Positions 40,682 through 49,866 are shown, numbered from the stretch's first letter. The stretch is DNA of 64,000 nucleotides from Myxococcota bacterium (GCA_039208735.1 JBCCQY010000007.1:1-64000), one strand, 5' to 3'. Notes: generated by a model from the sequence alone, not told the origin. Program-made: numbers and translations.

Positions 40682-42622
40682 ATGTGGGGCCGCCGCGTCA
40701 TTCCTTGGCTGCTCAGTCCCGTCGGGCTGACGTTGGCTGCGGCTTCTTGGTCCGCCACACGGCTGGTGGGCGAGGTCAATCAGGTACGTAGTGAACTTGG
40801 CCAACGTGTCCGATGGCTCATCGACATTCAAACGGTGCTCGAGTCTGCAAGTTCCGAACCTCCGGACATCACCGAGCTGGAGGACGCGACTACGCGACTC
40901 CTGGCCACCCGAGAGGCATTCGAAACGGCGATTGCGGATGGAGAAGAGACGCAGGAGGCCGTTTCTACCCTGATGTTGGGTCTCGATGAGCGCCCCTTAC
41001 CCGCCATCATCGAGCCAGCCAGCCACACCCTCGTTCGCGCGCTTCGGGCCCAGACAGCTTCGATTTCGTCCCAACTGGACGGCTATTGGGATCACCTCGG
41101 TCAACTCGTCGCATGGTCTGTGACCCTTTCGGTTGCCATCATGGGCCTTTGCGTTTGGATCTTGGTGAGCCGTGCTCGCGAGGAGCGGCTGTCTGAGAAG
41201 CTTCGTCGGTTGACCGCCCAGCAGCTCGCCGCACGCTCCCAAGCCAACCTCGAGCAGATCATGGCCACCATGCCGGTGGGCGTCGCGATTCAGGCCGAAG
41301 GCGTGATGGTGTATGCCAACTCGCGGCTGGCGCACCTCTTGCACGCGGGAAGCCCAGACGCCCTGGTGGGTCGTCCGTTGCAGGTTGACGCCTCCATCGA
41401 TGTTTCGGAGCCCGTCGACATTCGGTGGGACGGTGCGCCGGCTACGCTCGTGGTGGTCCGCGACCTCTCGGAGTGGAACGCCCTGCAAGCCCAGTTGCGC
41501 CTTGCCGATCGCATGGCCTCGGTCGGCACGATGGCTTCCGGCGTCGCCCATGAAATCAACAACCCGTTGACCTACGTGGTGCTTCATCTCGACGAATTGA
41601 CCCGCATCGTGTCCGGCAATCCCGAGGCCGGAAACCTGCTCCAGCCGGTTCGGCAGGGAATCGACCGTGTTCGGCAGGTCGTTCGGGATCTCTCGACGCT
41701 CGCGCGGAGCAGCACCGAGACCGAGGCCACGACCCATGACCTCATGGGGCTGCTCCATTCCACAGCCCGAATGGCTACTTACCCTCAACGGCACTCCGTT
41801 GAAATCGACGTTCGGGGGAGTCCGGTGCCCCCCGTCAATGGGAACGAGGCTCGCCTGGGACAAGTGTTCTTGAACCTGATGGTGAATGCGGTGCAGGCCA
41901 TCTCAGCGCATGCCCCCGAAGGACGAGGACGCGTTGAGGTGCGCGTCTCCAAGGCGTCCGACGACGTGGTCTTGGTGGAGGTGTCTGACAACGGACCGGG
42001 CATCTCTTCTGCCGACCTGGAGCATCTGTTCGATCCCTTCTTCACGACCAAGCCGGTAGGGGAAGGCACCGGTCTGGGGCTGTTCATCTGCCATCGCATT
42101 GTCAAGGAGACCGGCGGGCGCATCGAAGTGGTGTCTCCGCCGGGCCGGGGGGCCACCTTCCGCGTTGAGCTGCCGGTGGCTGACCGTGAGGCGGCGGTTG
42201 CGGATCGGCCCCCGAGCTACTCGCTTCCTCCCGAGCGCAACCTCGTCGTGCTGGTTCTCGACGACGAACCCCTGGTGGGTCGAGCCCTCGCACGGCTGCT
42301 GTACCAGCATGAAGTCGTGGTGGCGCAGTCGGTCCGAGAAGCCCGCGATGCGATCGCCAATAGGCCCGTTGACGTCGTGCTTTGCGACCTTCACCTGCCC
42401 GACGAGCCAGGCCGCAACTTCTATGCGCACCTCGAGACCACCGACCCCGAACTCGCATCGCGCGTGTTGTTCATGACCGGAGGACCCCTCACTCGGGCCG
42501 ACGAAGCGCTCCTCGAAGAAACGAACCAGCCCACCCTCGAAAAGCCTGTGGAACCAGGGCTTCTCGAGGCGGCTATCGAGCAGATGGCGCGGTCAAGCTT
42601 TGAAGGTGAACAACGGCCGTAG
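40682..42622 (+). CDS. Hybrid sensor histidine kinase / receiver
   Basis: Two TM segments; GVAHEINNPL, QVFLNLMVNA, DNGPG, FDPFFTTK, GTGLGL; receiver VLDDEP..LCDLHLP. Confidence 0.93.
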   Translation: MWGRRVIPWLLSPVGLTLAAASWSATRLVGEVNQVRSELGQRVRWLIDIQTVLESASSEPPDITELEDATTRLLATREAFETAIADGEETQEAVSTLMLGLDERPLPAIIEPASHTLVRALRAQTASISSQLDGYWDHLGQLVAWSVTLSVAIMGLCVWILVSRAREERLSEKLRRLTAQQLAARSQANLEQIMATMPVGVAIQAEGVMVYANSRLAHLLHAGSPDALVGRPLQVDASIDVSEPVDIRWDGAPATLVVVRDLSEWNALQAQLRLADRMASVGTMASGVAHEINNPLTYVVLHLDELTRIVSGNPEAGNLLQPVRQGIDRVRQVVRDLSTLARSSTETEATTHDLMGLLHSTARMATYPQRHSVEIDVRGSPVPPVNGNEARLGQVFLNLMVNAVQAISAHAPEGRGRVEVRVSKASDDVVLVEVSDNGPGISSADLEHLFDPFFTTKPVGEGTGLGLFICHRIVKETGGRIEVVSPPGRGATFRVELPVADREAAVADRPPSYSLPPERNLVVLVLDDEPLVGRALARLLYQHEVVVAQSVREARDAIANRPVDVVLCDLHLPDEPGRNFYAHLETTDPELASRVLFMTGGPLTRADEALLEETNQPTLEKPVEPGLLEAAIEQMARSSFEGEQRP

Positions 42623-42653
42623 CCGAGCGACGATGTGGAAGGGCTCACCTGCC

Positions 42654-43451
42654 CTACAGCGCCGGCACCTCGAACGCCTTTGGATCGGCCGAATCAAAAG
42701 TAAACGACTTGACTTTCACGACATGGAGGTTGTCTTCGAGCGTGTCGGCAGGCTTGGGGGCGACGAACATCGTCATCGGAACCCAGGCTCCATCGATGTC
42801 GACGTAATCCTGGTAGTTCATCGTGCCCGAAACAAAGCGAGCAACCTCACGCACCGTGTAGAACGTCTTGGCCAGCCGTCCGGTCTTGGGGTCGATGTAG
42901 GCCACGTACTGGTCGAAGCGACTCGTAGGTTCAAGGCCTTCCCACGTCACAAAGACGCGGTCGTAGGTCACCCCATCGATCGTTTCGGGCCCCGCGTCGA
43001 CGGCGATGGGGGCTTCGAGGAGTCGATAGGGAATCTCGGTGAAGTAGTGCATCGTGGGCAGCATGAACTCGGTGCCACCGTGGGAGCCTACGGAGGTCTT
43101 CCCATCCTTGACCTGCCAACTCTGGCCGTTCGTAATGCCCCAGACGAGGCCTTCCTCTTCGCCAAGGAAGGTCGCACGCGAGTCGAAGCTATGAAGCCGC
43201 TGCTCCAGCCGGACGTGGGCGTTTGGCGTAGGCCAAGGGTTTGCGACCTTCGCCATGAGCCCTTGCCAAACGTCTTCCAACTCGACGGTGACGGACGTGC
43301 GCTCGTTCCAGGCGGCGACGCCCCCGTGCGCTGCGGCCACGGACTCGAGCATCGCGCGGCCTCGTTCGGCAGCGGCCGTCTCGTCGGTCAGGCTGCGAAT
43401 GGAATCGGGACGAATGTCCGCCAGGCAGGCGGTCAGCGACAATAGCAACAT
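42654..43451 (-). CDS. Hypothetical lipoprotein (LolA-like fold possible)
   Basis: Lipobox LTAC; AAHGG..AW and YID.KTGRL motifs; 9 bp downstream of the TetR gene. Confidence 0.6.
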   Translation of the reverse strand: MLLLSLTACLADIRPDSIRSLTDETAAAERGRAMLESVAAAHGGVAAWNERTSVTVELEDVWQGLMAKVANPWPTPNAHVRLEQRLHSFDSRATFLGEEEGLVWGITNGQSWQVKDGKTSVGSHGGTEFMLPTMHYFTEIPYRLLEAPIAVDAGPETIDGVTYDRVFVTWEGLEPTSRFDQYVAYIDPKTGRLAKTFYTVREVARFVSGTMNYQDYVDIDGAWVPMTMFVAPKPADTLEDNLHVVKVKSFTFDSADPKAFEVPAL

Positions 43452-43460
43452 CAGGACGTC

Positions 43461-44054
43461 CTAGGTTCGATCTTGGCGAAGCAGGGCCACGATGGCCCGA
43501 GTTGAAGCGGCGAGACTGACGGGATCGGCCCCCGCTCGGATTTGCGTGACGAGGCCTCGGGTGAACACGGTCAACATGGCGGCCAGCTCATCGACCGACG
43601 CCTCCGGGCCGAGTTGCCCGGCTCGCTGGGCACCTCGTAGAACATTGGCGTACGCCGCCTCCATTCGTTCCTGGTGGGCGACAACCCGTTTGTGAACAGC
43701 CTCGTCGAGACGGGCGCGTTCACTGCCGCTGTGAGCGATCAAGCATCCAAAGGCCATCGGGGCGTCCTTTGCACTCGAGCCCAGTCCCGTGAACGTGCGC
43801 ATCAACGTGTCGAGATCGGCCCCCTCCGCCTCAAGCGGCCCAAGGACAAAGTCCACCACCCGCTCGAGGTAGCGGTCCAGCACCGCGAGAAACAGCCCCT
43901 CTTTGTCGCCAAACGCCGCGTAGAGGCTCGATCGACTCAGCCCGGTCGCGTCCAGCAAATCCGCAAGCGACGTCCCCGTGTAGCCTCGCTCCCAGAAGGT
44001 CACGACAGCGGCGTCTAACACCTGGTCCACATCAAAGGTTCGAGGCCGTCCCAT
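43461..44054 (-). CDS. TetR-family regulator (NemR/ComR-like)
   Basis: MGRPRTFD..FWERGY.GTS..L..ATGLSRSSLYAAFGDKEGLF; GCL motif. Confidence 0.92.
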   Translation of the reverse strand: MGRPRTFDVDQVLDAAVVTFWERGYTGTSLADLLDATGLSRSSLYAAFGDKEGLFLAVLDRYLERVVDFVLGPLEAEGADLDTLMRTFTGLGSSAKDAPMAFGCLIAHSGSERARLDEAVHKRVVAHQERMEAAYANVLRGAQRAGQLGPEASVDELAAMLTVFTRGLVTQIRAGADPVSLAASTRAIVALLRQDRT

Positions 44055-44064
44055 CGTTTCCTCG

Positions 44065-44086
44065 TTCTGGAACGATCGGTCCGTAA
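44065..44086. promoter_or_regulatory. Candidate TetR autoregulatory operator
   Basis: TTCTGGAACGATCGGTCCGTAA near-palindrome 10 bp upstream of the TetR start. Confidence 0.6.
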
Positions 44087-44167
44087 CCTGAGCGGACCCC
44101 CTGTCACGTTCGAATTGCTGCCAGGAGGTTGGACCTAAGGTCGAGCGAGGCGGCGCCTGAACGAACC

Positions 44168-46639
44168 TTAGGCTTCGTCACCCAACCCTGGGCGTGTCGC
44201 TGCGGTGGGACGACTCACGAGTGTCTGGGCCTGGGAGACCCAAGCGTCCCGTTCGATGCGCCCTCGATAATCCATGAGTTTCGCATCCACCGCCGACACT
44301 TGAGCGTCCGTCCACTCCGCGATCTGCCAGTAGTAGTACACGCCAAGGTCATGAAGGATGTCGCGCAGTGGGTTGTCGATACCGTCGAGCAGCGTAAGGT
44401 CGTCGGGTGTACCAAACGCAGCCTCGGTCAGCAGATTGTTCTTCGGACTCCGACGCATGGGGTCGATGGGGTCGAAGCGAGGGCTGGTCCGTGACTCGGT
44501 GCGGCTTCCCGTGCGCACCGACCGCTTGGTCTTGGTTTGCGTCACGACCGCGGACTTGCCCGCCGACCGCAACTGGTGATGCACCGCCGCCAAGCCGTAC
44601 TCGATGGCGGTGAGGCGGTTTTCGATCGAGGCAAGATCGAGCCGGCCTTCGATGGCCACGACTTCGTCGAGCACCGCCGTGAGGTCGGGCTCGGGCACGT
44701 CGATGGCCAGCACGGACTCCCGAATGTCCTCCACCCGCTCCTCGAGCGTTTCGAGCTTCGTCGAAAGCGGGTCCAAGTCCACCCGGGCAGGGCGCAGGGC
44801 CGCGATTGCCCCTTCGAGGCCCACGAACCGAGCGTGCAAGCCATCCATGTCGCCGGTCGAACCGAGCCGACTCGACAAGGCCTCGAGCCGCGTGTCCAAC
44901 GTCGCTTCGATCGGGGTGAAGTCGGGCTGGGCGGACTTGAGGTCGTCGATGCGCGCATCCACCGCGTCGAGACGAGCGACGAGGGGCGAGAGGTCGACGG
45001 TCGGTTCGGGCAGGGTCGCGAACGTGCTCTCGATCTGGGCCAACCGTTCGTACAACGGGGCCAGATCAACGTTGGGCGCAGACAACGCGCCGAGATGTTC
45101 CTCGAGCCGCACCAGATGGTCGGAGACCGCAGTAAGTTCGACCCGTTCCCCCGGTTGGGTGGTGAGTCCTTCTTCGATGTGTGTCAGACGCTCCTGAATG
45201 GGCCCAAGGTCCACGACGGCATCGGGCTGGGAGAGAAGCGCCTCTTCGATTTGGCCAAGCTTGGCCTTCAATGGCTCAACATCGACGGGGGCTAACCCCG
45301 CCAGCCGTTCGTCGATCTTCTGCAGATGCGCATGGACCGACTCGAGATCGACCTCTTGGGGACTGGCCACTCGCTCCTCAACCTGCCGCAGGTGGGCGTG
45401 CAAAGGCTCGAGATCAAGGTTTGGTGTGGGAACCGCCACAAACCGCTCTTCCACCTGCCGCAGGTGGGCGTGCAAAGGCTCGAAGTCCACCCCTGAACCA
45501 CCCAGTCGCGACTCCAGGCTCGCGATTTGCTCGCGCAGGGGCGTGAGATCCACGGAAGGCTGCGTGGTGAGGTACTCCTCGAGCCGCGTGAGGTGCTCCT
45601 GTACGGGTGCAAGATCGACGTTGGAGGCCGGCGTCGCTTCGAGAAGCTGTTCAAGCTTCTGCAGATGCGCGTGGACGGGCTGAAGGTCGGGGGGAGTCGG
45701 CGTCGCAAGCTGCGCTTCGATCTTCGCCAATTGCTCCCGAACGGGCCCAAGATCAACATTCGGCTGGGTCGCCAGGTGCTGGTCGATCTGATTGAGCTGA
45801 GCGTGCACCGGTTCCAGATCGAACGAGGGCACAGGCAACGCCTCGATCCGCTCCTCGAGCTTGTGCAGGTGGGCGTGCACGGGCTCGAAGTCTACCCCCG
45901 TCGCGCCAAGCCTTGACTCAAGGGTGGCAAGCTGCTCCCGAACCGGCCCGAGATCGACACTCGGTTGAGCCAGCAAGTAGTCCTCAATCTGCTTGAGGTG
46001 TTCGTTCACCCCAGTGAGATCCACCGCGGGCAGCGCATCCAGACGCGACTCCAGCTTTTGCAGATGCTGGTGAACCGGCCCCAAATCCGTCGACTTGAAC
46101 GCAGCGACCGTCGACGCCACCGCGGCCACCCCGGATGTGACCTGGTCGAGGTCCATCGCGCCAAGACGCGTTTCGATGGCCCTCAACTGTGCATGCACAG
46201 GCTCGAAGTCTGGGCCCGACTGACCCGCCACCCGCTTGTCCAACGCATCGACCTTGCTCGACAGCGCAGACTGAACCGACACCAAATCCGACTTGGTGAA
46301 GTCCATCGCCACGGGCTCGATCTGCCGGATTTCCGCCGTCAACGCTTCGCTCACGTTGGTCAACTGCTGTTGCACCGGAGCCAAGTCGGTGGCCTTCAGC
46401 CCGTCAAACCGCTTGGCAAGACCCGCGATCTGAACGGTCAAATCACGCCGCAAGGCTTCGAGGTCGTCGGTGGTGACCGACGGCCCCTTGGCGATCATGG
46501 CCTGTTCGTGCTGCAACAGCTGGGCGTAGGTCTCGGTCACATCCTCGTACCGATGACTCATCCAGTAGTAGGAGAACGCTGCCCCGAACAAGACGGCGAG
46601 CAGCAGCAGAAACACAATCTGCACGGATAGAAGCATCAT
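44168..46639 (-). CDS. Membrane-anchored tandem-repeat helical protein with C-terminal HhH-like (DDL..GI) domain
   Basis: N-terminal TM; about 25 VDL.PV..HL..LE..L repeats; PDDLTLLDGI..L..LGVYYYWQIAEW..GRIERDAWVSQA (COG3743/NuoE-C-terminal-like). Confidence 0.8.
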   Translation of the reverse strand: MMLLSVQIVFLLLLAVLFGAAFSYYWMSHRYEDVTETYAQLLQHEQAMIAKGPSVTTDDLEALRRDLTVQIAGLAKRFDGLKATDLAPVQQQLTNVSEALTAEIRQIEPVAMDFTKSDLVSVQSALSSKVDALDKRVAGQSGPDFEPVHAQLRAIETRLGAMDLDQVTSGVAAVASTVAAFKSTDLGPVHQHLQKLESRLDALPAVDLTGVNEHLKQIEDYLLAQPSVDLGPVREQLATLESRLGATGVDFEPVHAHLHKLEERIEALPVPSFDLEPVHAQLNQIDQHLATQPNVDLGPVREQLAKIEAQLATPTPPDLQPVHAHLQKLEQLLEATPASNVDLAPVQEHLTRLEEYLTTQPSVDLTPLREQIASLESRLGGSGVDFEPLHAHLRQVEERFVAVPTPNLDLEPLHAHLRQVEERVASPQEVDLESVHAHLQKIDERLAGLAPVDVEPLKAKLGQIEEALLSQPDAVVDLGPIQERLTHIEEGLTTQPGERVELTAVSDHLVRLEEHLGALSAPNVDLAPLYERLAQIESTFATLPEPTVDLSPLVARLDAVDARIDDLKSAQPDFTPIEATLDTRLEALSSRLGSTGDMDGLHARFVGLEGAIAALRPARVDLDPLSTKLETLEERVEDIRESVLAIDVPEPDLTAVLDEVVAIEGRLDLASIENRLTAIEYGLAAVHHQLRSAGKSAVVTQTKTKRSVRTGSRTESRTSPRFDPIDPMRRSPKNNLLTEAAFGTPDDLTLLDGIDNPLRDILHDLGVYYYWQIAEWTDAQVSAVDAKLMDYRGRIERDAWVSQAQTLVSRPTAATRPGLGDEA
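45381..45483. repeat. 31-bp exact direct repeat inside the repeat-protein gene
   Basis: ACCTGCCGCAGGTGGGCGTGCAAAGGCTCGA at 45381-45411 and 45453-45483 (72-bp period). Confidence 0.9.
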
Positions 46640-46663
46640 CGCGAGCTCACAAGAGGTTGGGGG

Positions 46664-47812
46664 TCAGTCCGAGGCACGGACGACGCGGATCTCGATCCGC
46701 CGGTTTCGGGAGCGGCCCAGCTTCGTGGCATTGTCGTCCACTGGACGCCTTGAGCCGTAGCCCCGCGCCACCAGCCGGCGCGAAGATAGGCCTCGTTCGA
46801 TCAACGACCGTCGGACCGAGGCCGCACGACGCTGGCTTAAATCTTCGTTGAACGCCGGGTCACCCGTGTTGTCGGTATGGCCTTCGATTCGTAGCGTACC
46901 GGGACAATCGCGGGCGGCGGCGGCGACCTCGTCGAGCACCGGTGCACTCGCCGCGTCGATGGCATCGCTTTCCGAGGCAAACCGAATCGTCGATCGGCCC
47001 AACACGTCCGCCATCGCCTGTTCGCAAGAGGCAACCGCCTCGTTTGCAAGAACCTGAACCGTCCCCACCCGACCGTATGGAAGGGGCGCCGAAGCCGCCG
47101 TGCGCAAGTCTTCCGCCCGGCTCTCCGGCAGCTCGCAAAGCAGCGAGTAGCGATCGCACGAAAACTCGGCGACCCCCATGTCGCACGCAGAGACGTTGGC
47201 CAAACCACGCTTGGCGACGTCCACAAAGCCGTCGGGAACGGGCTGGTCCACCACCACGAGATGGCTGTCCACCGAGGTGATCGATCCCGGCTGGACGAGC
47301 GTTCGCGCCGCGGTCTCGATGGCCTGTCGCGATGCGGCATCGGGCACTTCGCCTTCGAGCCTCAGCACGCCTTCCTCGACGCGAAACGTCCATTCGAGTG
47401 CAGGCGACGGGGCCGCGGCCGCGGGTGCCTCTGCCGCCGTGAAGTCCCCTCGCACCCGGGTGGGCGCCACCACCGGCCCCGCCCACGTCGCGGCCCGCGC
47501 CGCCCGGACCGCGGCCAGGGCTTGCGAGGCGGCTTCGTCACTGGGAGGAGTGCCCTTCACCACGACATGTTGCCCGGAAACTTCGACGGTCGCCCATGAA
47601 GCCTTCACGTCATGCAACGCATCCTTTGCCGCGCGTTCCGTCTTGTCTTGGATCCAAGTGATCGCAAAGGGACCAAGCCCAAACAAGAACACCAAGCCCA
47701 AGGCCGCAAGAAGCATCCAACCCCATGGGAACCAGGGCATCGGCGCCGACACGCGACGCCAGCGGCGCACGGTGGACGCGTTCTTCGATTCGGCGCGGGT
47801 ACGGGTCGCCAT
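46664..47812 (-). CDS. BON plus OmpA-C-like peptidoglycan-binding membrane protein (ArfA/Rv0899-like)
   Basis: TM segment; BON-like VSGQHVVVKG and VLRLEGEVP; IEGHTDNTG..FNEDLSQRRA.SV, RNRRIEI. Confidence 0.88.
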   Translation of the reverse strand: MATRTRAESKNASTVRRWRRVSAPMPWFPWGWMLLAALGLVFLFGLGPFAITWIQDKTERAAKDALHDVKASWATVEVSGQHVVVKGTPPSDEAASQALAAVRAARAATWAGPVVAPTRVRGDFTAAEAPAAAAPSPALEWTFRVEEGVLRLEGEVPDAASRQAIETAARTLVQPGSITSVDSHLVVVDQPVPDGFVDVAKRGLANVSACDMGVAEFSCDRYSLLCELPESRAEDLRTAASAPLPYGRVGTVQVLANEAVASCEQAMADVLGRSTIRFASESDAIDAASAPVLDEVAAAARDCPGTLRIEGHTDNTGDPAFNEDLSQRRAASVRRSLIERGLSSRRLVARGYGSRRPVDDNATKLGRSRNRRIEIRVVRASD

Positions 47813-47928
47813 GGCACCCCTCCGGAGGACGAAACCTCGCATGTCCCGATGGGGAGCACACGTAACACCTACGGTGCAAAGTCTGGTGATCTACGCGACA
47901 AGCCAATTTCCACCCTTTCGAACAAAAG

Positions 47929-47985
47929 GCAACCATTAGGTTGCGCATTGGAGCATGGGGCCATTAAAGGCAACCTGGAGGTTGC
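47929..47985. promoter_or_regulatory. Tandem palindromic operators for the ArsR regulator
   Basis: GCAACC-N4-GGTTGC at 47929-47944 and 47970-47985. Confidence 0.75.
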
Positions 47986-47987
47986 GT

Positions 47988-48338
47988 TTGATCCGGCGCC
48001 CCGACCCGGAACTCTTCAGCGCGTTGGCTGACCCTACCCGTCTCGACCTCGTCGAACGCCTGCTCAGCGTCCCCAGTCTGTCGACCACCCAGCTCACCAA
48101 GGGTACCGGGCTCACCCGACAAGCCATCCACAAGCACCTCACCGTGCTCGAGGGAGTGGGGTTGGTGGCGCAAGAGCGCGTAGGACGAAGACGGCTATGG
48201 TCGCTCGATGCGCGGCCCCTGGGGTTGGTGCGGGATTGGAGCAACCGTCTTCGTGCAGTTTGGGCTGCGCGATTCGACCAACTCGAACGTCTGCTTGCCG
48301 AGGGAGGGCCCGATGACCCCCGATCCGTTGACCCTTGA
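47988..48338 (+). CDS. ArsR/SmtB-family regulator
   Basis: LFSALADPTRL, LTRQAIHKHL.VLE..GLV, W..RFD.L; GGAGG RBS before TTG 47988. Confidence 0.9.
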   Translation: MIRRPDPELFSALADPTRLDLVERLLSVPSLSTTQLTKGTGLTRQAIHKHLTVLEGVGLVAQERVGRRRLWSLDARPLGLVRDWSNRLRAVWAARFDQLERLLAEGGPDDPRSVDP

Positions 48339-49275
48339 GATTCGCGCCGAGGGGGACCGCCAGATTGTCCTCGAACGGCGATTCGAGGCCGGTCCGTCCA
48401 AAGTCTACGCAGCCTTCACGGACCCAAAGAAGATCCGGCGCTGGCTTAGCACCCCCGAATGGCCCATGCGCACGTGCATGAATGAAGCTCGCGAGGAAGG
48501 GGCGATCCGGTACGAGTGGTTCAATGCCGAGGCGCCCGAAAAGACCATGGGCATGACGGGTCGCTACCTGCGCGTGGACCCTCCTCGCTTCGTCGAACCC
48601 CGCGAGGTGTTCGACGAAGATTGGACAGGCGGGGAGGTTCAAGTGCGCACCGAATTCCTCGAAGACGGAACAGGAACGCTCCTTCGCATGACGATGCGCT
48701 ATTCGACGCAAGAAGCCCGCGACGCGGTGCTCAAGACCGGAATGGCCCGCGGCATGGACCTCAATTTCTACGGCCTCGATGAGGTGTTGTCGGGCCGGGA
48801 TCGGTTGATGACCCCCGATCCCGAACGTGATCTCGTCCTGCAACGGATCTTGGATGCGTCGCCATCGCGGGTGTGGGCCGCGTGGACGCAGCCCGAGCTG
48901 ATCGCCCAGTGGTTTGCGCCCGCTCCGTGGTCCGTGGCTCGCGCCACCGTCGAGCCATTCGCCGGCGGCGCATTTAGCGTGGTGATGCAAAGCCCCGAGG
49001 GCGAAGCGATGGCCGGGGAGCCCGGCTGCGTGCTGATGGCACTGCCCAATCGTCTGTTTGCTTGGACCGATGGCCTGGGGCCCGGTTTTCAACCCAAGTC
49101 CGACAGCTTCTTCACGGCCTTTGTTCGGCTGCGACCTCATCACCGTGGCACTCGGTACCAGATCCTGGTTCGGCATGCCGACGCTGATGGTCGAGCCCGG
49201 CATGAGGCGATGGGTTTTCATCAGGGGTGGGGCAAAGCCGCAGACCAGCTTGCCACTCTGCTTGGCGAACGTTGA
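48313..49275 (+). CDS. Tandem SRPBCC (AHSA1-like) domain protein
   Basis: Domain 1 IVLERRF.A....VYAAFTDP; domain 2 DLVLQR.LDA....VWAAWTQPELI.QWFAP..HEAMGFHQGW. Confidence 0.88.
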   Translation: MTPDPLTLEIRAEGDRQIVLERRFEAGPSKVYAAFTDPKKIRRWLSTPEWPMRTCMNEAREEGAIRYEWFNAEAPEKTMGMTGRYLRVDPPRFVEPREVFDEDWTGGEVQVRTEFLEDGTGTLLRMTMRYSTQEARDAVLKTGMARGMDLNFYGLDEVLSGRDRLMTPDPERDLVLQRILDASPSRVWAAWTQPELIAQWFAPAPWSVARATVEPFAGGAFSVVMQSPEGEAMAGEPGCVLMALPNRLFAWTDGLGPGFQPKSDSFFTAFVRLRPHHRGTRYQILVRHADADGRARHEAMGFHQGWGKAADQLATLLGER

Positions 49276-49317
49276 GCGATCGCCAGCTTCCTTTCTCAAG
49301 ACGTTCACATTGAGGGA

Positions 49318-49659
49318 TTGGCCTTTGAGGGCGGGAATGGCATCTTGCTGGTGCATGCAGCCCAACCCGCACCGAGTGGTGCGCTCCAAACCTATGGCCA
49401 AACCCTTCATACCCGAGAACTTGGGCTCGTCCTCCTGACCCTCTCCGAGCCCGACTGCGCCACGTTGCTCGCGAGCACCGGACAACAAATCCATGTGATC
49501 GGAGAGCAGAATCCGCACGGCGCGGATTCTCCTGGTCTAAGAGCGCAGCGCGCCCAAACCGTTTTCAAGCGGCTGGGAAGTCTTGGTCTGGACCTCAACA
49601 TTCACGACGGAAGCGTCAGCGATAGCGCAGTTGTAAGGCTCTGTATTGCCCCACCTTGA
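49318..49659 (+). CDS. Hypothetical protein, possibly a degenerate OmpA-C-like fragment
   Basis: 113-aa ORF; IHVIG...LRAQRAQTVFKRL weakly resembles the OmpA LS..RA..V...L segment. Confidence 0.3.
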   Translation: MAFEGGNGILLVHAAQPAPSGALQTYGQTLHTRELGLVLLTLSEPDCATLLASTGQQIHVIGEQNPHGADSPGLRAQRAQTVFKRLGSLGLDLNIHDGSVSDSAVVRLCIAPP

Positions 49660-49717
49660 ATCGGTGACATCCTTCTGGCAACGACAACCTCAGAATTCGG
49701 CATCATAGGGTCAGCCT

Positions 49718-49788
49718 GGTGCTGCGCGGTATCGTCGAATTTCCCTCTGCCTGCCAGCTTCTACCTACGACCGATACCGCGTGGCACC
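49718..49788 (+). other. Intergenic long stem-loop
   Basis: GGTGCTGCGCGGTATCG (49718-49734) pairs with CGATACCGCGTGGCACC (49772-49788), 17 bp including two G-U pairs. Confidence 0.6.
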
Positions 49789-49840
49789 GACTTCTCTCCT
49801 CCCTCCATCCCGAGACTCGACAGCTCAATCAAAGACGCTA

Positions 49841-49864
49841 TGACCATATAAACGAAAATGGTCA
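49841..49864. promoter_or_regulatory. Candidate TetR operator
   Basis: TGACCAT-N10-ATGGTCA directly upstream of the TetR ATG 49867. Confidence 0.7.
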
Positions 49865-49866
49865 CA

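Noticed and set aside
44134..44172. CCTAAGGT...ACCTTAGG hairpin at the end of the repeat-protein gene
   Set aside because: No U-tract and overlaps the stop codon; insufficient support for a terminator call
45381..45483. 31-bp repeats with a 41-bp spacer, CRISPR-like dimensions
   Set aside because: Only two copies, in frame inside a repeat-protein gene; no cas genes or leader
48139..49518. 459-aa minus-strand ORF
   Set aside because: Antisense to ArsR/SRPBCC; no recognisable domain
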